Source: Waterburya sp. | GTDB lineage: Bacteria; Cyanobacteriota; Cyanobacteriia; Cyanobacteriales; Xenococcaceae | Direction of reading: 5' to 3' | Length of the DNA stretch: 64,000 bases | Assembly (NCBI GenBank): GCA_965217895.1 | Contig: CBDCJV010000002.1 | Coordinates: forward strand, 2,912,001 to 2,976,000 | Shown: positions 31,264 through 42,038 of the stretch, piece by piece | Layout: each line of letters begins with the position of its first letter | Numbering within the stretch: the first letter of the stretch is position 1 | The notes under the pieces: generated by a model | The model's database searches: none | Seen by the model: the letters and a program-made list of their open reading frames with translations, nothing else | What the model was told of the DNA's origin: nothing | Translations under genes and position numbers: made by a program

Positions 31264-32166
31264 CTAGTTGACGGGAGTAATACTGGCTATTTTTCCACCT
31301 TGCTTGTGAATACGTTGGTATTCTTGAGAAAGCTGCTCATAAGGTACTAGGTAAACCTTATTGCTACGACGGAATTTAGAAACACTGTTGATTGGAAATC
31401 TGCCAACTCGATTTCTAACTCCAGCAGCCTGATAACCAGTAACCTCGATGCGATATACGGTGCCGTTTGCTCCTGCACCAACTCCCTGACGAGTACGAGC
31501 AGATAAAGGAGGTTCACGGAAAGACCAACCATCGCCAGCAGCACCACCAGAAGGAGGAACTATCGCCAAAGGCGTGCCTTGAATAATGTTTTTGTTAAGT
31601 ACAGGGCTTTTCCCTGCCAAACTGCCTTTAAAGTCACTAGAGGAAGCCCCACGAGCTAAAGCAAACATATGAGTGAATTCCACCATAGTTTGACCAGGGC
31701 GACTCTTATATCCTCGATAAAAAGGAACGAAGTTTTCTCCATAGGCTTCTTGATATTCATCGCTATCAAGATAGGAATCAATTTCTGCTTCCCAACCACC
31801 TTTGTCTAGAATGGCACTGTGAGCCTTCATTTCGTCATAGCCATTGGGCGCACGTCCCAGAAAATGCTTAAAGTTTAGCTCAATAAAGCGATAACGAGGG
31901 CAAGTTGCAAAAAAACGAGAAAAATAAGCTTCAGATTTGCCTATTTCTCGCACAAATTCCCGCACGCTCAGTTGTCCGAGTTTAAATTGAGATTCAGGAA
32001 CTGTTGCTCGTTCGCTCTCCATAATGTAAGCGTTGCCTAGTACCTGTCTGTAGACAGCACGAATAATGCTTTCTACTTCTTCTTCTGAACGACCTGGTAC
32101 GTATTCAAAAGGTGCGGTATCTTCAAATAAGCCGACACCTAATTCGGATGCTGGTCCAAAAGTCAT
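31264..32166 (-). CDS. cpeC: Phycoerythrin-associated rod linker
   Basis: M.FGPAS.LGV.LFE.T.P.E N-terminus typical of CpeC; first gene of the operon. Confidence 0.9.
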   Translation of the reverse strand: MTFGPASELGVGLFEDTAPFEYVPGRSEEEVESIIRAVYRQVLGNAYIMESERATVPESQFKLGQLSVREFVREIGKSEAYFSRFFATCPRYRFIELNFKHFLGRAPNGYDEMKAHSAILDKGGWEAEIDSYLDSDEYQEAYGENFVPFYRGYKSRPGQTMVEFTHMFALARGASSSDFKGSLAGKSPVLNKNIIQGTPLAIVPPSGGAAGDGWSFREPPLSARTRQGVGAGANGTVYRIEVTGYQAAGVRNRVGRFPINSVSKFRRSNKVYLVPYEQLSQEYQRIHKQGGKIASITPVN

Positions 32167-32429
32167 TTAATAAATCTCCCAGATTAGGAATTAATTTTTC
32201 ACGGGATGTAAAACCAGAGTTGTTAAGCGTGGTTAAATCTGCTAGTCAAGCTACTGATATTGATATACAACCGTTTTACAATGAGCTTTATGTAAATATA
32301 AAAACTCGACAAGTAAAGCTTTTTTTGAGTAAAAATACTCCTCTATTTGCTTTATTACTTGTCACTGCTTACTTTCTTGATTGAGAGAAAATAAGCTTTA
32401 AGCTAGCAAATTCGACTATTAGCAAAAGC

Positions 32430-32550
32430 AAAGTAGCAAGATATCAAAAATTATCATTTTGATGTTTCACTCCCATACAGTTGCCAAAGTCACTGCCAGC
32501 CAGTCAGAGATTACTTCGCCCTAGACGGACGGAGTAATCTCTGAGCGTCG
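32430..32550 (-). ncRNA. Candidate structured RNA (sRNA or cpeC leader)
   Basis: Long hairpin TCAGAGATTACT...AGTAATCTCTGA, then GACTTTGGCAACTGTATGGGAGTGAAAC, then a second hairpin, within an 830-bp intergenic gap. Confidence 0.35.
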
Positions 32551-32995
32551 ATCAATTTAATTACAAATATTTCGAGTAGACTACTTCTTGTTAAGAAGCA
32601 ATGTTGACTCTCATATTAATGCACTGTTTTAATTAAGTGCAGTTTGTTAAAAGGTGTTTGTTCTAGTATCTAGACGAAATATAAATTGATTTGCAACACC
32701 TATGATAAATGAATGAAAACCCTAACTTTTCAAGAGCAAAGTAGCCATTCACAGTCTATTTATACAATGCTGTCAGAACTGTTCTTATCAAGTTTTGTAA
32801 AACTTAATGAGAATATTATTAACAATTGTTGCATACTTGTGCTTTAAACTAAGAATATTGACTAAAAAACTAGTTCAAACTTTCTAAAGTTTAATGAAAC
32901 TCAATCACAGAGTACTTTTAAAAAGCTGACTGATATGTAAAAAAATATTACGCAATCCACAGAAAAAATAAAAATATTCAAACATCAAACCAGCT

Positions 32996-33547
32996 TTAGA
33001 CTTTTTGTTCCACCCCAAAACCAACCAGAAGAACATTTTCTAAAGGTTGTCCCGCAGGAGGTTTGGCATAGTTTAGAATCTTACGGATACGCATTTTAGG
33101 ATTAGTAAGAGTGATAGAATCAACCGAAACTACGCGAGTATAGTTGGTAGTCATTAATAATTCTTTGGTATCGGAATCAAAACGAAAATGAGAAACAATT
33201 GGTCTAGCTTCTTCGTAGGCGCGATCGCGTAAATAATCCCCTTCTAATATTTCACCCTCTTCTGATTTAGGCACAAACATCAGGTTAAGGTTTTGTCTTA
33301 CTTCTTCCCCTTTCTCAGAGATGGTATAAAAACCTAGATTAAAGCCAGGAAGTTGTTCCAGATTATCGAGCTTATCGTAAGCATTGTCAGCTAAAACCTT
33401 TGATTTTTGCTCGTTGCTTAGAGGCTGAACCTCAAAAGTAGTTTGCGATCGCTCTATTTCCTTATGAGTCAGATAATGATAAGTGCGATCGGATTGCCAA
33501 TTGCCAACACAATCAGCGAAAAATTGTTCAAATACAGCAGTGTTCAT
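32996..33547 (-). CDS. CpcS/CpeS-superfamily (S/U/V-type) phycobiliprotein lyase
   Basis: FF..C.G.W.S.RTYHYL...IERS, G.YLRDRAYEE, GFG.EQK. Confidence 0.85.
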   Translation of the reverse strand: MNTAVFEQFFADCVGNWQSDRTYHYLTHKEIERSQTTFEVQPLSNEQKSKVLADNAYDKLDNLEQLPGFNLGFYTISEKGEEVRQNLNLMFVPKSEEGEILEGDYLRDRAYEEARPIVSHFRFDSDTKELLMTTNYTRVVSVDSITLTNPKMRIRKILNYAKPPAGQPLENVLLVGFGVEQKV

Positions 33548-33593
33548 AATTCTAGTAACTCAGTATAAATCAAAGTCGAAATAATTTTAAAAG

Positions 33594-33655
33594 GTAGGGT
33601 GGGCAAATTCGGTTTTTAAAGATCTTAGATTCCACCTCATATTTGCCCACCTTAC
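33594..33655. repeat. GTAG-type REP-like inverted repeat with spacer
   Basis: GTAGGGTGGGCAAAT...ATTTGCCCACCTTAC; related copy at 49945-50004. Confidence 0.7.
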
Positions 33656-34131
33656 TAAGCAGTTTTTAAAAATTCAATTTTAAAAATGCCGTCGCTGGGT
33701 TTGTCGGCAGTCATCTTTTCCCAGGCTATTTCTCGCAAAAATATTTCGGCTTGGATTGTCTCTACCACGTCAACTCCCCATTCTCCTATTTGTAAAGAAG
33801 TAGGAGACATACTAGTAGCGGGAGTAGTTTTCTTGCCACCGAGGATTAACGTATCGGTAGTTAACTTCGAGTCGGACTGTTGACTTTTTCGTTTGTTAGT
33901 TAAAATCTCGCCACACATCTGACCAATTTCTTTAGGCTCAAACTTTTCTGTCGGAAACAGGATTTCTACTACCCAATGAGGATTTTTAATAAAGCTGCAC
34001 TTGATACCATTTTTGTCTAGTCCATCAATAAATACTTGAGCAAACTTTTCCCTTTCCAATGCAGGAAGTTCGTTGTTACGTAGGTTGAAATTGTGTGAGA
34101 GTAGCATTCTCCCAGTTGATTGATCGCTCAC
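33655..34131 (-). CDS. DUF2656 family protein
   Basis: GRMLLSHNF, ..PHW.VE, L.LGG.K.TP....P..LQ.GEWGVDVVET. Confidence 0.85.
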   Translation of the reverse strand: MSDQSTGRMLLSHNFNLRNNELPALEREKFAQVFIDGLDKNGIKCSFIKNPHWVVEILFPTEKFEPKEIGQMCGEILTNKRKSQQSDSKLTTDTLILGGKKTTPATSMSPTSLQIGEWGVDVVETIQAEIFLREIAWEKMTADKPSDGIFKIEFLKTA

Positions 34132-34404
34132 GACATTAATTTATATCTATATTAAAAAGACTATTTATAAACATATTAGTAGAAGCTGACATAAATAAAG
34201 TGACCATCGAATAATCTATTAAAGCCGTTCAATAGCTTTTAGCTTTTAGCCGTTAGCTTTTAGCTTGAGTTAACTGTTAAAAGCGGCGCAGCGCGGTGTT
34301 GAAGGGTCCCTTCTTAGAGCGACTGCCTTTTAATGTTCTCAGCTTTAGAGCTAAGAGCTAATAGCTTTTTTGATAAATCAGTATTTATCACCTAATTATC
34401 TAAA

Positions 34405-35079
34405 TCAAAACTCTCCTAGATCGTAAGCACCACCTCGTTCTAAAGCCTTTTGGTAAGCTGGACGCGCCTGAATACGCTTTAAAAAATCCATAAGCTGCGG
34501 ACGAGTCTGATCTAAACCAGCATAAGCAGCAGCAGCCTCTAAGGGAAAGCTTAATTGAATATCGGCTGCGGTGAATTCATTTCCAGCAAACCAAGTGTTC
34601 TTTTCAAGTTCTGCTTCTAAGAAATCTAAATTCTGTTTAATTTGAGGTTTAATAAATGTCTTTTTGACTTCTCCTGTAATGATTTTGGCAATCGGGCTTA
34701 AGAAGAAAGGTGTTTTTTGCTCGATTTGATTGAAGACAAGCTGCATCACCAATGGTGGCATTGCCGAACCTTCTGCATAGTGCAGCCAATAGGTATAGCG
34801 TAAGTTTTCTGAAGTTCCAGGTGCAGGTACTAATCGTCCGTCGCCATAGCGTTCAACTAGGTACTCAATAATCGCCCCAGATTCAGCTATGGTTAACTCT
34901 CCATCGGTAATTACGGGAGATTTACCAAGTGGATGAACCTCTCGCAGTGACTCAGGTGCTAGCATGGTTTTAGGGTCACGTTCGTAACGCTTAATTTCGT
35001 AGTCTAAACCGAGTTCTTCTAATAGCCAAAGAATACGCTGCGATCGCGAGTTATTTAAATGATGAACAGTGATAGTCAA
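34405..35079 (-). CDS. Glutathione S-transferase
   Basis: HHLNNSRSQRILWLLEEL, HPLGKSPV, AESGAI, FTAADI. Confidence 0.95.
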   Translation of the reverse strand: MTITVHHLNNSRSQRILWLLEELGLDYEIKRYERDPKTMLAPESLREVHPLGKSPVITDGELTIAESGAIIEYLVERYGDGRLVPAPGTSENLRYTYWLHYAEGSAMPPLVMQLVFNQIEQKTPFFLSPIAKIITGEVKKTFIKPQIKQNLDFLEAELEKNTWFAGNEFTAADIQLSFPLEAAAAYAGLDQTRPQLMDFLKRIQARPAYQKALERGGAYDLGEF

Positions 35080-35159
35080 ATTATTCTTGCATTATTTTAA
35101 ACAGTCGATAAAAGTATACTGAATTTTTCCGCAATGACTATCTAACTATAGTTGGGTAT

Positions 35160-35357
35160 CACTATAATTAGATAGATGCCTATAAAAATCTCACAACTTC
35201 ACAACTGGCTTCTAAATTAGCGATCGCATCAACAATATCTTTGAACGAAGGCAGAAGCCTTGGTAATATCCATCTTTGAGGCGATCGCTTTGCCAATTCC
35301 TGAAGATGCTCCTGTTACCAATACCACCTTGGAACTGTTTACAGTTTGAATATTCAT
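35160..35357 (-). pseudogene. Short-chain dehydrogenase remnant
   Basis: MNIQTVNSSKVVLVTGASSGIGKAIA (TGxxxGIG Rossmann motif); homology breaks exactly at HIP1 35281-35288 and the frame stops after 42 codons. Confidence 0.75.
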
Positions 35358-35395
35358 AGAACTATTTAATTCAAAAAGGTATTTTGCTTTTCATC

Positions 35396-36100
35396 CTAAT
35401 TAATAAATTTGTTCATCGATCGCCATTTTTCCCAAAGATCGGGACGGCGATCGCGAGTACGCTCGATCTGTCGATCTTTACGCCACTCGTCGATCAATTT
35501 ATGATTGCCTGAACGTAATACCTCTGGCACTTGCCAGCCTCGGTATTCGGCGGGTCGAGTATATTGAGGATAGTCTAATAAATCGGTTTCAAAACTTTCT
35601 GCTTTAAGAGATTCTAGTTTACCTACTGTTCCAGGTAACAAACGAACTACTCCATTAATCAAAGTAAGAGCAGGAATTTCACCACAGGTTAGGACAAAAT
35701 CGCCTAAAGATATCTCTTTAGTTACTAAATGCTGCCTTATTCTTTCATCTACTCCTTCATAGTGTCCACAGATAATAACTAACTGCTGATAATTGCTAGC
35801 TAAATCTTTGAGTAGAGGTTGACTCATAGGCTGTCCTTGCGGAGTCATGAGAATAATTTCTCGCTGAGGCAAAACTGGTAGAGATTCTACTGCTGCAAAC
35901 ATTGGTTCAGGCTTCAGCAACATTCCTACACCCCCGCCATAGGTAATGTCATCTACCTTGTGATGCTTGTCGATAGTAAAGTCACGCGGATTTATTAAAT
36001 TAACCGTAGCAATTTCTTTGGCGATCGCTTTACCTAGTAAACTAGTATTGAGAGGAGAAGCGAAAAAGTCAGGGAAAAGAGTGATAATATCAAAACGCAC
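35396..36100 (-). CDS. trmD: tRNA (guanine37-N1)-methyltransferase
   Basis: FDIITLFP, VDD..YGGG.GM, CGHYEGVDER, SLGDFVL..GE, YTRP. Confidence 0.97.
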   Translation of the reverse strand: MRFDIITLFPDFFASPLNTSLLGKAIAKEIATVNLINPRDFTIDKHHKVDDITYGGGVGMLLKPEPMFAAVESLPVLPQREIILMTPQGQPMSQPLLKDLASNYQQLVIICGHYEGVDERIRQHLVTKEISLGDFVLTCGEIPALTLINGVVRLLPGTVGKLESLKAESFETDLLDYPQYTRPAEYRGWQVPEVLRSGNHKLIDEWRKDRQIERTRDRRPDLWEKWRSMNKFIN

Positions 36101-36258
36101 GATAATTAAGAGAATTAATAGAGAATACTAACTAATAAGGGTTCAGTGTAAGCTTTATAACTTGCAGGAGTTAAGTATTTTTTGACACAGCAGTAAATCG
36201 TCAGTGTCGTTACGATCAGCAGTAGTCAAGGGTTTATCTCCTGTCCGCAAATTCAATT

Positions 36259-37104
36259 ATGATCAATACCGAAGTAAAAAATCACACCATCGACTCTTCG
36301 CAATCCACCAAAAACGCCATTTTAGTCATTGGCGGTGCTGAAGATAAAGTACACGGCAAACAAATACTACAAACTTTTTTCAATTGTTCTGGAGGAACAG
36401 ATGCCATTATAGGCGTTGTTCCTTGTGCATCTAGAGAACCAAATTTAATTGGCGAACGCTACAATCGGCTCTTTAGCGAGATGGGAGCAAAGGAGATTAA
36501 GGTCTTAGATGTGCGCGATCGCGATGGAGCAGATGATTTAGTTTATCTTAATTTCGTTGAGAACTGCACGGGAATTTTTCTGACTGGTGGAGATCAGCTT
36601 CGCCTCTGTAGTTTGCTTGGTGGCACTTCTTTGATGAATCAAATTATCGCCAAAGCCCAACAAAGAAAAATTAGTTTAGCGGGAACTAGCGCAGGGGCTG
36701 CGGTGATGGGTCATCACATGATCTCAGGTGGCAGCAGTGCCGAATCTCCTAACCGTGCTTTAGTCGATATGTCTACAGGTTTAAGTATTATTCCAGAAGT
36801 ATTAGTCGATCAACACTTTTATAATCGTAATCGTTTGGCAAGGCTTTTAAGTGCGATCGCTCTTCATCCAAGTCTTTTGGGAATTGGCATCGATGAAGAC
36901 ACCTGTGCCATGTTTGAAAATGACGACACAATGCAAGTAATTGGCAAAGGCACCGTTACCATTGTTGACGCAAGGGAAATGACTCACACTAATTTAGAAA
37001 AAGTACAGGGAAACGAACCTTTGAGCCTGCATAATCTAAAGCTGCATATCTTAGAACATGGCGATCGCTACGATTTATACCAGCATACCCCTCTAACTAA
37101 ATAA
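36259..37104 (+). CDS. cphB: Cyanophycinase
   Basis: IGGAEDK, TGGDQLRL, GTSAGA, DQHF..RNR..RL, GIDEDT; upstream of cphA. Confidence 0.97.
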   Translation: MINTEVKNHTIDSSQSTKNAILVIGGAEDKVHGKQILQTFFNCSGGTDAIIGVVPCASREPNLIGERYNRLFSEMGAKEIKVLDVRDRDGADDLVYLNFVENCTGIFLTGGDQLRLCSLLGGTSLMNQIIAKAQQRKISLAGTSAGAAVMGHHMISGGSSAESPNRALVDMSTGLSIIPEVLVDQHFYNRNRLARLLSAIALHPSLLGIGIDEDTCAMFENDDTMQVIGKGTVTIVDAREMTHTNLEKVQGNEPLSLHNLKLHILEHGDRYDLYQHTPLTK

Positions 37105-37362
37105 CTTATGTTACGCGCTTATTAATCTGTAAAGCCGAGGTAATAAGTAACTAACTTATCGATATTATGTTGCTTAGTGTAGCCCTCGATTTTCATTGTT
37201 TTGCGTAACGTCAGCAAATAAAATAAGAAAAAGACTAAAATTGATCTTGAATTGACGATTAAATTGTTCATTGAGAACAGTTTGCTGGCTTAGAAAAGCG
37301 AGATTATAGTTTAATTATCCTGGCGCTGTTAATCAGCCTTCAGCAGCGAAGCATAAAGCATA

Positions 37363-39978
37363 ATGAGAATTCTGAAAACTCAAACGTTACGTGGACCAAA
37401 CTACTGGAGCATCCGACGCAATAAGTTGGTTGCTATGGTACTAGATTTAGAGGAGCTAATCGAAAAGCCCTCTAACGAGATTTCTGGATTTTATGATGGT
37501 TTAGTAGAAGTATTGCCTAGTCTGATCGAACACTATTGTTCTCGTGGCTATCGTGGTGGTTTTCTCGAAAGAGTCAATGAAGGCACGCTAATGGGTCACA
37601 TTGTTGAACACGTAGCCTTGGAACTGCAAGAGCGAGCAGGTATGCCTGTGGGTTTTGGACGTACCAGAGAAACTTCCACTCCAGGGGTGTTCAACGTCGT
37701 GTTTGAATACGTAGAAGAACAGGCGGGTCGCTATGCAGGCAGAGCAGCAGTCAGACTATGTAGCGCAATTGTGGAAACGGGGACTTATCCTCAGGCTGAA
37801 TTAGAACAAGATTTAGCGGATCTGCGGGAACTTTACGCTAACACTGCTTTAGGTCCTTCTACAGAAACTATTATCAAAGAAGCAGAAGCACGTAAGATTC
37901 CTTGGGCGTGGCTAGGTGCGCGGGCGATGTTGCAGTTGGGCTACGGAGCCAGACAAAAACGGATTCAGGCTACCTTAAGCAATAATACGGGCATTTTAGC
38001 AGTGGAGCTTGCCAGTGATAAAGAAGGCACTAAGACCATGCTAGGTAATGCAGGAATTCGAGTACCACAAGGAACGGTAATTGAATATGTAGACGAATTA
38101 AGAGACGCGATCGCCGATGTTGGCGGATTTCCCATCGTCATCAAACCTCTAGACGGCAATCATGGACGGGGCATTACGATTAACATTAATGACTGGTCAG
38201 AAGCAGAAAAAGCTTATGACATAGCGAGCAAGGCTGCCAAAACGCGATCGGTAATTGTTGAGCAGTATTATCAGGGAAACGATCATCGAGTTTTAGTAAT
38301 CGACAACAAAGTTGTAGCTGTAGCCGAAAGAGTCCCTGCTCACGTAGTTGGCGATGGTAAATCTACCATCAAAGAGCTAATTGATATTACTAATCAAGAC
38401 CCTAAAAGAGGCGACGGACACGATAACGTTTTGACTAAGATTATTGTCGATCCGACATCTCAGGCGGTATTAACCAAACAAGGCTATAGTTTAGATTCGA
38501 TTTTACCCAAACAGGAAATAGCCTATTTAAGAGCAACAGCTAACTTAAGTACAGGCGGTATTGCTATTGACCGCACCGACGAGATTCATCCCGAAAATGT
38601 CTGGATAGCTCAAAGAGTGGCTAAAATAATTGGTCTTGATATTGCAGGCATTGATATTGTTACCTCAGATATTAGTCGCCCTTTAAAAGAAACTAAAGGG
38701 GTTATCGTCGAAGTTAACGCCGCGCCTGGTTTTAGAATGCACGCTTCCCCCAGTCAAGGACTTCCACGTAATATCGGGGCTTCGGTCTTGGAAATGCTGT
38801 TTCCGAATAAAGCTCCTAGTCGTATTCCCATCGTCGCAATTACGGGAACAAATGGTAAAACTACCACGACTCGTCTAACTGCCCATATTTATCGTCAAAC
38901 TAATAAAGTGGTTGGTTTTACAGCTACCGATGGCATTTATATTCAAGAATATCTAGTCGAACAAGGAGACAATACAGGCCCTTATAGTGCAGGGGCGATC
39001 TTAAGAGATCCTACAGTAGAAGTAGCCGTGCTAGAAACTGCGCGGGGCGGTATGTTGCGTTCGGGATTAGCTTTTGATAGCTGTGATATTGGCGTAGTTT
39101 TAAATGTCGCTGCCGATCATCTTGGTTTGGGTGGTATCGATACCATCGAACAAATGGCAAGAGTTAAGAGCATAGTTGCCGAAACAGTGAAAGCAGACGG
39201 CTATGCAATTTTAAACGCCGACGATCCTTTGGTGGCAGCAATGGCAGAGCGGGTAAAATGTAAAGTTGCCTATTTTTCGATGAATCCTGACAATCAAATT
39301 ATTATCGAGCATTGCCGTCGCAATGGGTTAGCTGCAATTTATGAAAATGGCTATCTTTCAATTTTAGAAGGAAAATGGACTCTCAGGATTGAAAAAGCGA
39401 TTAATATTCCCATGACGATGCAAGGCATGGCTCCTTTTATGATTGCTAATGCTTTAGCCGGCTGTTTAGCAGCTTTTGCCCAAGGGGTTGATATAGAGCT
39501 TATTCGCCGAGGAATACGTACGTTTCAAATTTCTGCCGAACAAACTCCAGGCAGGATGAATCTATTCGATGTGAGTGATTATAGCGTACTGGTAGACTAT
39601 GCTCATAATGCTCATGGATACAAGGCTGTGGGCGATTTTGTCTGTAACTGGCAGGGCAAAAGAATTGGCGTAGTTGGTGGTCCTGGCGATCGCCGTGATG
39701 AAGATTTGGTTTTGTTAGGTAATATTGCAGCCAAGAATTTTAATCATATTCTAATTAAAGAAGACAAAGACTTTAGAGGCAGAGAACCAAAAGAAGTTGC
39801 CGATCTGATTGTCAAAGGTATCTGTCAATCAGATCCTGCTGCCAGCTATGAAATTATGCTAAATGAAACAGAAGCTATTAACAAAGCTTTAAATTTAGCT
39901 CAAGCTAATGATTTGGTAGTTATTTTTCCTGAAAAAGTTGACCCAGTAATTAAATTAATTAAAGAGCAAATGAAATAG
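37363..39978 (+). CDS. cphA: Cyanophycin synthetase
   Basis: LRGPNYWS, KPLDGNHGRG ATP-grasp, TGTNGKTTT Mur-ligase domain, DYAHN. Confidence 0.98.
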   Translation: MRILKTQTLRGPNYWSIRRNKLVAMVLDLEELIEKPSNEISGFYDGLVEVLPSLIEHYCSRGYRGGFLERVNEGTLMGHIVEHVALELQERAGMPVGFGRTRETSTPGVFNVVFEYVEEQAGRYAGRAAVRLCSAIVETGTYPQAELEQDLADLRELYANTALGPSTETIIKEAEARKIPWAWLGARAMLQLGYGARQKRIQATLSNNTGILAVELASDKEGTKTMLGNAGIRVPQGTVIEYVDELRDAIADVGGFPIVIKPLDGNHGRGITININDWSEAEKAYDIASKAAKTRSVIVEQYYQGNDHRVLVIDNKVVAVAERVPAHVVGDGKSTIKELIDITNQDPKRGDGHDNVLTKIIVDPTSQAVLTKQGYSLDSILPKQEIAYLRATANLSTGGIAIDRTDEIHPENVWIAQRVAKIIGLDIAGIDIVTSDISRPLKETKGVIVEVNAAPGFRMHASPSQGLPRNIGASVLEMLFPNKAPSRIPIVAITGTNGKTTTTRLTAHIYRQTNKVVGFTATDGIYIQEYLVEQGDNTGPYSAGAILRDPTVEVAVLETARGGMLRSGLAFDSCDIGVVLNVAADHLGLGGIDTIEQMARVKSIVAETVKADGYAILNADDPLVAAMAERVKCKVAYFSMNPDNQIIIEHCRRNGLAAIYENGYLSILEGKWTLRIEKAINIPMTMQGMAPFMIANALAGCLAAFAQGVDIELIRRGIRTFQISAEQTPGRMNLFDVSDYSVLVDYAHNAHGYKAVGDFVCNWQGKRIGVVGGPGDRRDEDLVLLGNIAAKNFNHILIKEDKDFRGREPKEVADLIVKGICQSDPAASYEIMLNETEAINKALNLAQANDLVVIFPEKVDPVIKLIKEQMK

Positions 39979-40221
39979 CTTAATTAGTTCAATTACCGTT
40001 AATTACCGAGAGAAGATCAATAATTTAATTAAGTCTAATTTAATTTCTCCGTAAAGAAATGCAGTCTGATAGCTATAAAAAACAAAGTTTAGGCAAATAT
40101 CCGCTATTCCACGGTACTTGCTCCTAGGCAATCAAGTTTATTTATGTATATATAGAGAGAGCAAGATTTGATTTTGAATTCTTGTTTGCTTTAGTATTAT
40201 TTATTAGTAAAATTTACAGCG

Positions 40222-40749
40222 ATGGCAATTAACCGCTCAGAAAACGATTATATTAATCGCAATGTTATGGAAGTATTGGTTTCAGAAGAAATTGAAAGGC
40301 AGATAGTTCGCCTACCCAATAATATTCAAAAGTTTGTCAACCCCATAGAAGTAGCTACCTATGCTTTAAATAGACTGCCAGCATTATATGCTTCTTCTCA
40401 GCAAGGATACAATAAACAGAAATTAAAGGGACGCTCAGAATATAGCGTCCAAATCACTCAGGAAGTTCGCAAAGGATTGGCTGCGGTTCAAAAAGACCTT
40501 TTGCGTAGCTCTACTCCTTTAACAGCAGAAAAAGAACAAGATCTAGATCGAGTCATAAAAGAAGCCCAAGATGCTCTAAGAGAGCTAGCTGAATACCTAC
40601 CTGAAAAAGACTTATCTTGGAAAAACATAGTTAAGTTAGTTAAACCTTTATTAGCAGAGCTACAGGCAGAAGACGATGCAGCAGCAAATGCTCGCAAAGT
40701 TCGCTCTAGGTCTACTAATATGTGGGATAATCCAGCACACAAAAAGTAA
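40222..40749 (+). CDS. ComFB-domain protein
   Basis: NVME.LV.EE...Q, EVATYALNRLPALYASS..G. Confidence 0.88.
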   Translation: MAINRSENDYINRNVMEVLVSEEIERQIVRLPNNIQKFVNPIEVATYALNRLPALYASSQQGYNKQKLKGRSEYSVQITQEVRKGLAAVQKDLLRSSTPLTAEKEQDLDRVIKEAQDALRELAEYLPEKDLSWKNIVKLVKPLLAELQAEDDAAANARKVRSRSTNMWDNPAHKK

Positions 40750-40838
40750 GTTGGGCAGGGAAGTTATCTATTAAGTTAGCAAATGCTCCTAGAATAACCA
40801 TAAATTTGATTAGTAATATAATACGCATAGCCTTATCG

Positions 40839-41285
40839 TTATTCACTATAAAATGTCGAAGCGTTATTTCTGTTAACTAACCAATCTTCGTTTTCACCAC
40901 CAATTATTAGTTTGTCGATTTGCACAAATTCTTTACTAAGCTGATTTATGGCATTGATCAAAATATCGATCGCAATTAAATCGCTCGTGCCAAGATCGAA
41001 CCAACATCGACCCCACGTTCCTAAATATTCAATTTCTCCCATATTGTGCATCGGCGACATGAGAGCATTGTCTAAATTTTCTTGGTCGTATTCCATATAG
41101 CTAATCTCTACACCCACATCCTGCACGGGCAAATTCTCAGCATTATAGCCTCCCAGCTTACCAAGATAAAACCAGGAATCAAGTAGTTCTTCGATGTATT
41201 GTTGTTCCATTCTTGAAGGCACTGTGGGAAACTCCAGCCAAATCCATAAATCAAAAGGGTTAAATTCCCGAAATTGTATTTCCAT
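40839..41285 (-). CDS. DUF3531 family protein
   Basis: MEIQFREFNPFDLWIWLEF, SWFYLGKLGG.NAENL, W.RCWFDLGTSD. Confidence 0.85.
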   Translation of the reverse strand: MEIQFREFNPFDLWIWLEFPTVPSRMEQQYIEELLDSWFYLGKLGGYNAENLPVQDVGVEISYMEYDQENLDNALMSPMHNMGEIEYLGTWGRCWFDLGTSDLIAIDILINAINQLSKEFVQIDKLIIGGENEDWLVNRNNASTFYSE

Positions 41286-41452
41286 AATTTTTAAGTAATA
41301 AACGCCCAAAGATCGTAGTAGCTAATAGCTACTACGATCTTCGCATAAAGTTTGACTCAGCAAGCTGAGGTTTTGAATTCACATTAAGCATAATAAAGAA
41401 CTTTCTAGTAGACTTAACTTATCTCTATTTCTTAATTTCCTCATATTTAACG

Positions 41453-41737
41453 CTACATTTTTGTCCGAACCGTAAAAGTGTAGTCGCTACCTGCTTCTAG
41501 CTGATAATCGCAACGCTCTAAAAATCTTTCTAAAGGTTCTTGAATTAAGGCTCTTCCCAAAGAAGGTTGAACAGATAACCGACGTTGACGAAATCGCCAG
41601 CGAAATTGCCATTCGTATTCAGCAGCTTTGACTTCTCCTTCAATTTTCCCCATCGGTAAAGATTGTTGAGTAATTCGGACGTGGGCAATTGTTTCTGGTA
41701 AATAACTACGGTTCACAGTTTCTGACGGGGAATTCAA
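41453..41737 (-). CDS. DUF3146 family protein
   Basis: PET.AHVRI..Q....G.IEGEV.A....W.F.W.F....L.V.PSLGRALI.EPL.RFL...DYQLE.G.DY.F. Confidence 0.85.
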   Translation of the reverse strand: MNSPSETVNRSYLPETIAHVRITQQSLPMGKIEGEVKAAEYEWQFRWRFRQRRLSVQPSLGRALIQEPLERFLERCDYQLEAGSDYTFTVRTKM

Positions 41738-42038
41738 TTAGTAGATAATTTTTATAATCAATATAGCGACTCTTTAGTGAATAAGGTATAAATTTAGCTC
41801 AATAAGAATCAATTGAAAAATCGAGTTAAGAAGAGATTTCAATTCGTGTGCTAAGTGAGAGAGGACTTCTTTTCATGCTGCTTGTTACTAGGCTCGTTGA
41901 TTCAAAGCAGTATCAAAAAAAAAGAGGCACTTTTAAATGGTGATCACAACTGTCTTTGTAGTAGTGATGAAATCACCGTAAACTCAGTGTAAAGCTTTTA
42001 TAAAGGTAACTAACTACAAATATATAGGTTACTTTTAT

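Noticed and set aside
32167..32995. CcaR G-box or RcaC L-box upstream of cpeC
   Set aside because: No convincing match found by eye; chromatic acclimation type cannot be assigned
36148..36161. NtcA-like site GTA-N8-AAC upstream of cphB
   Set aside because: Imperfect, with no -10 hexamer at the expected distance
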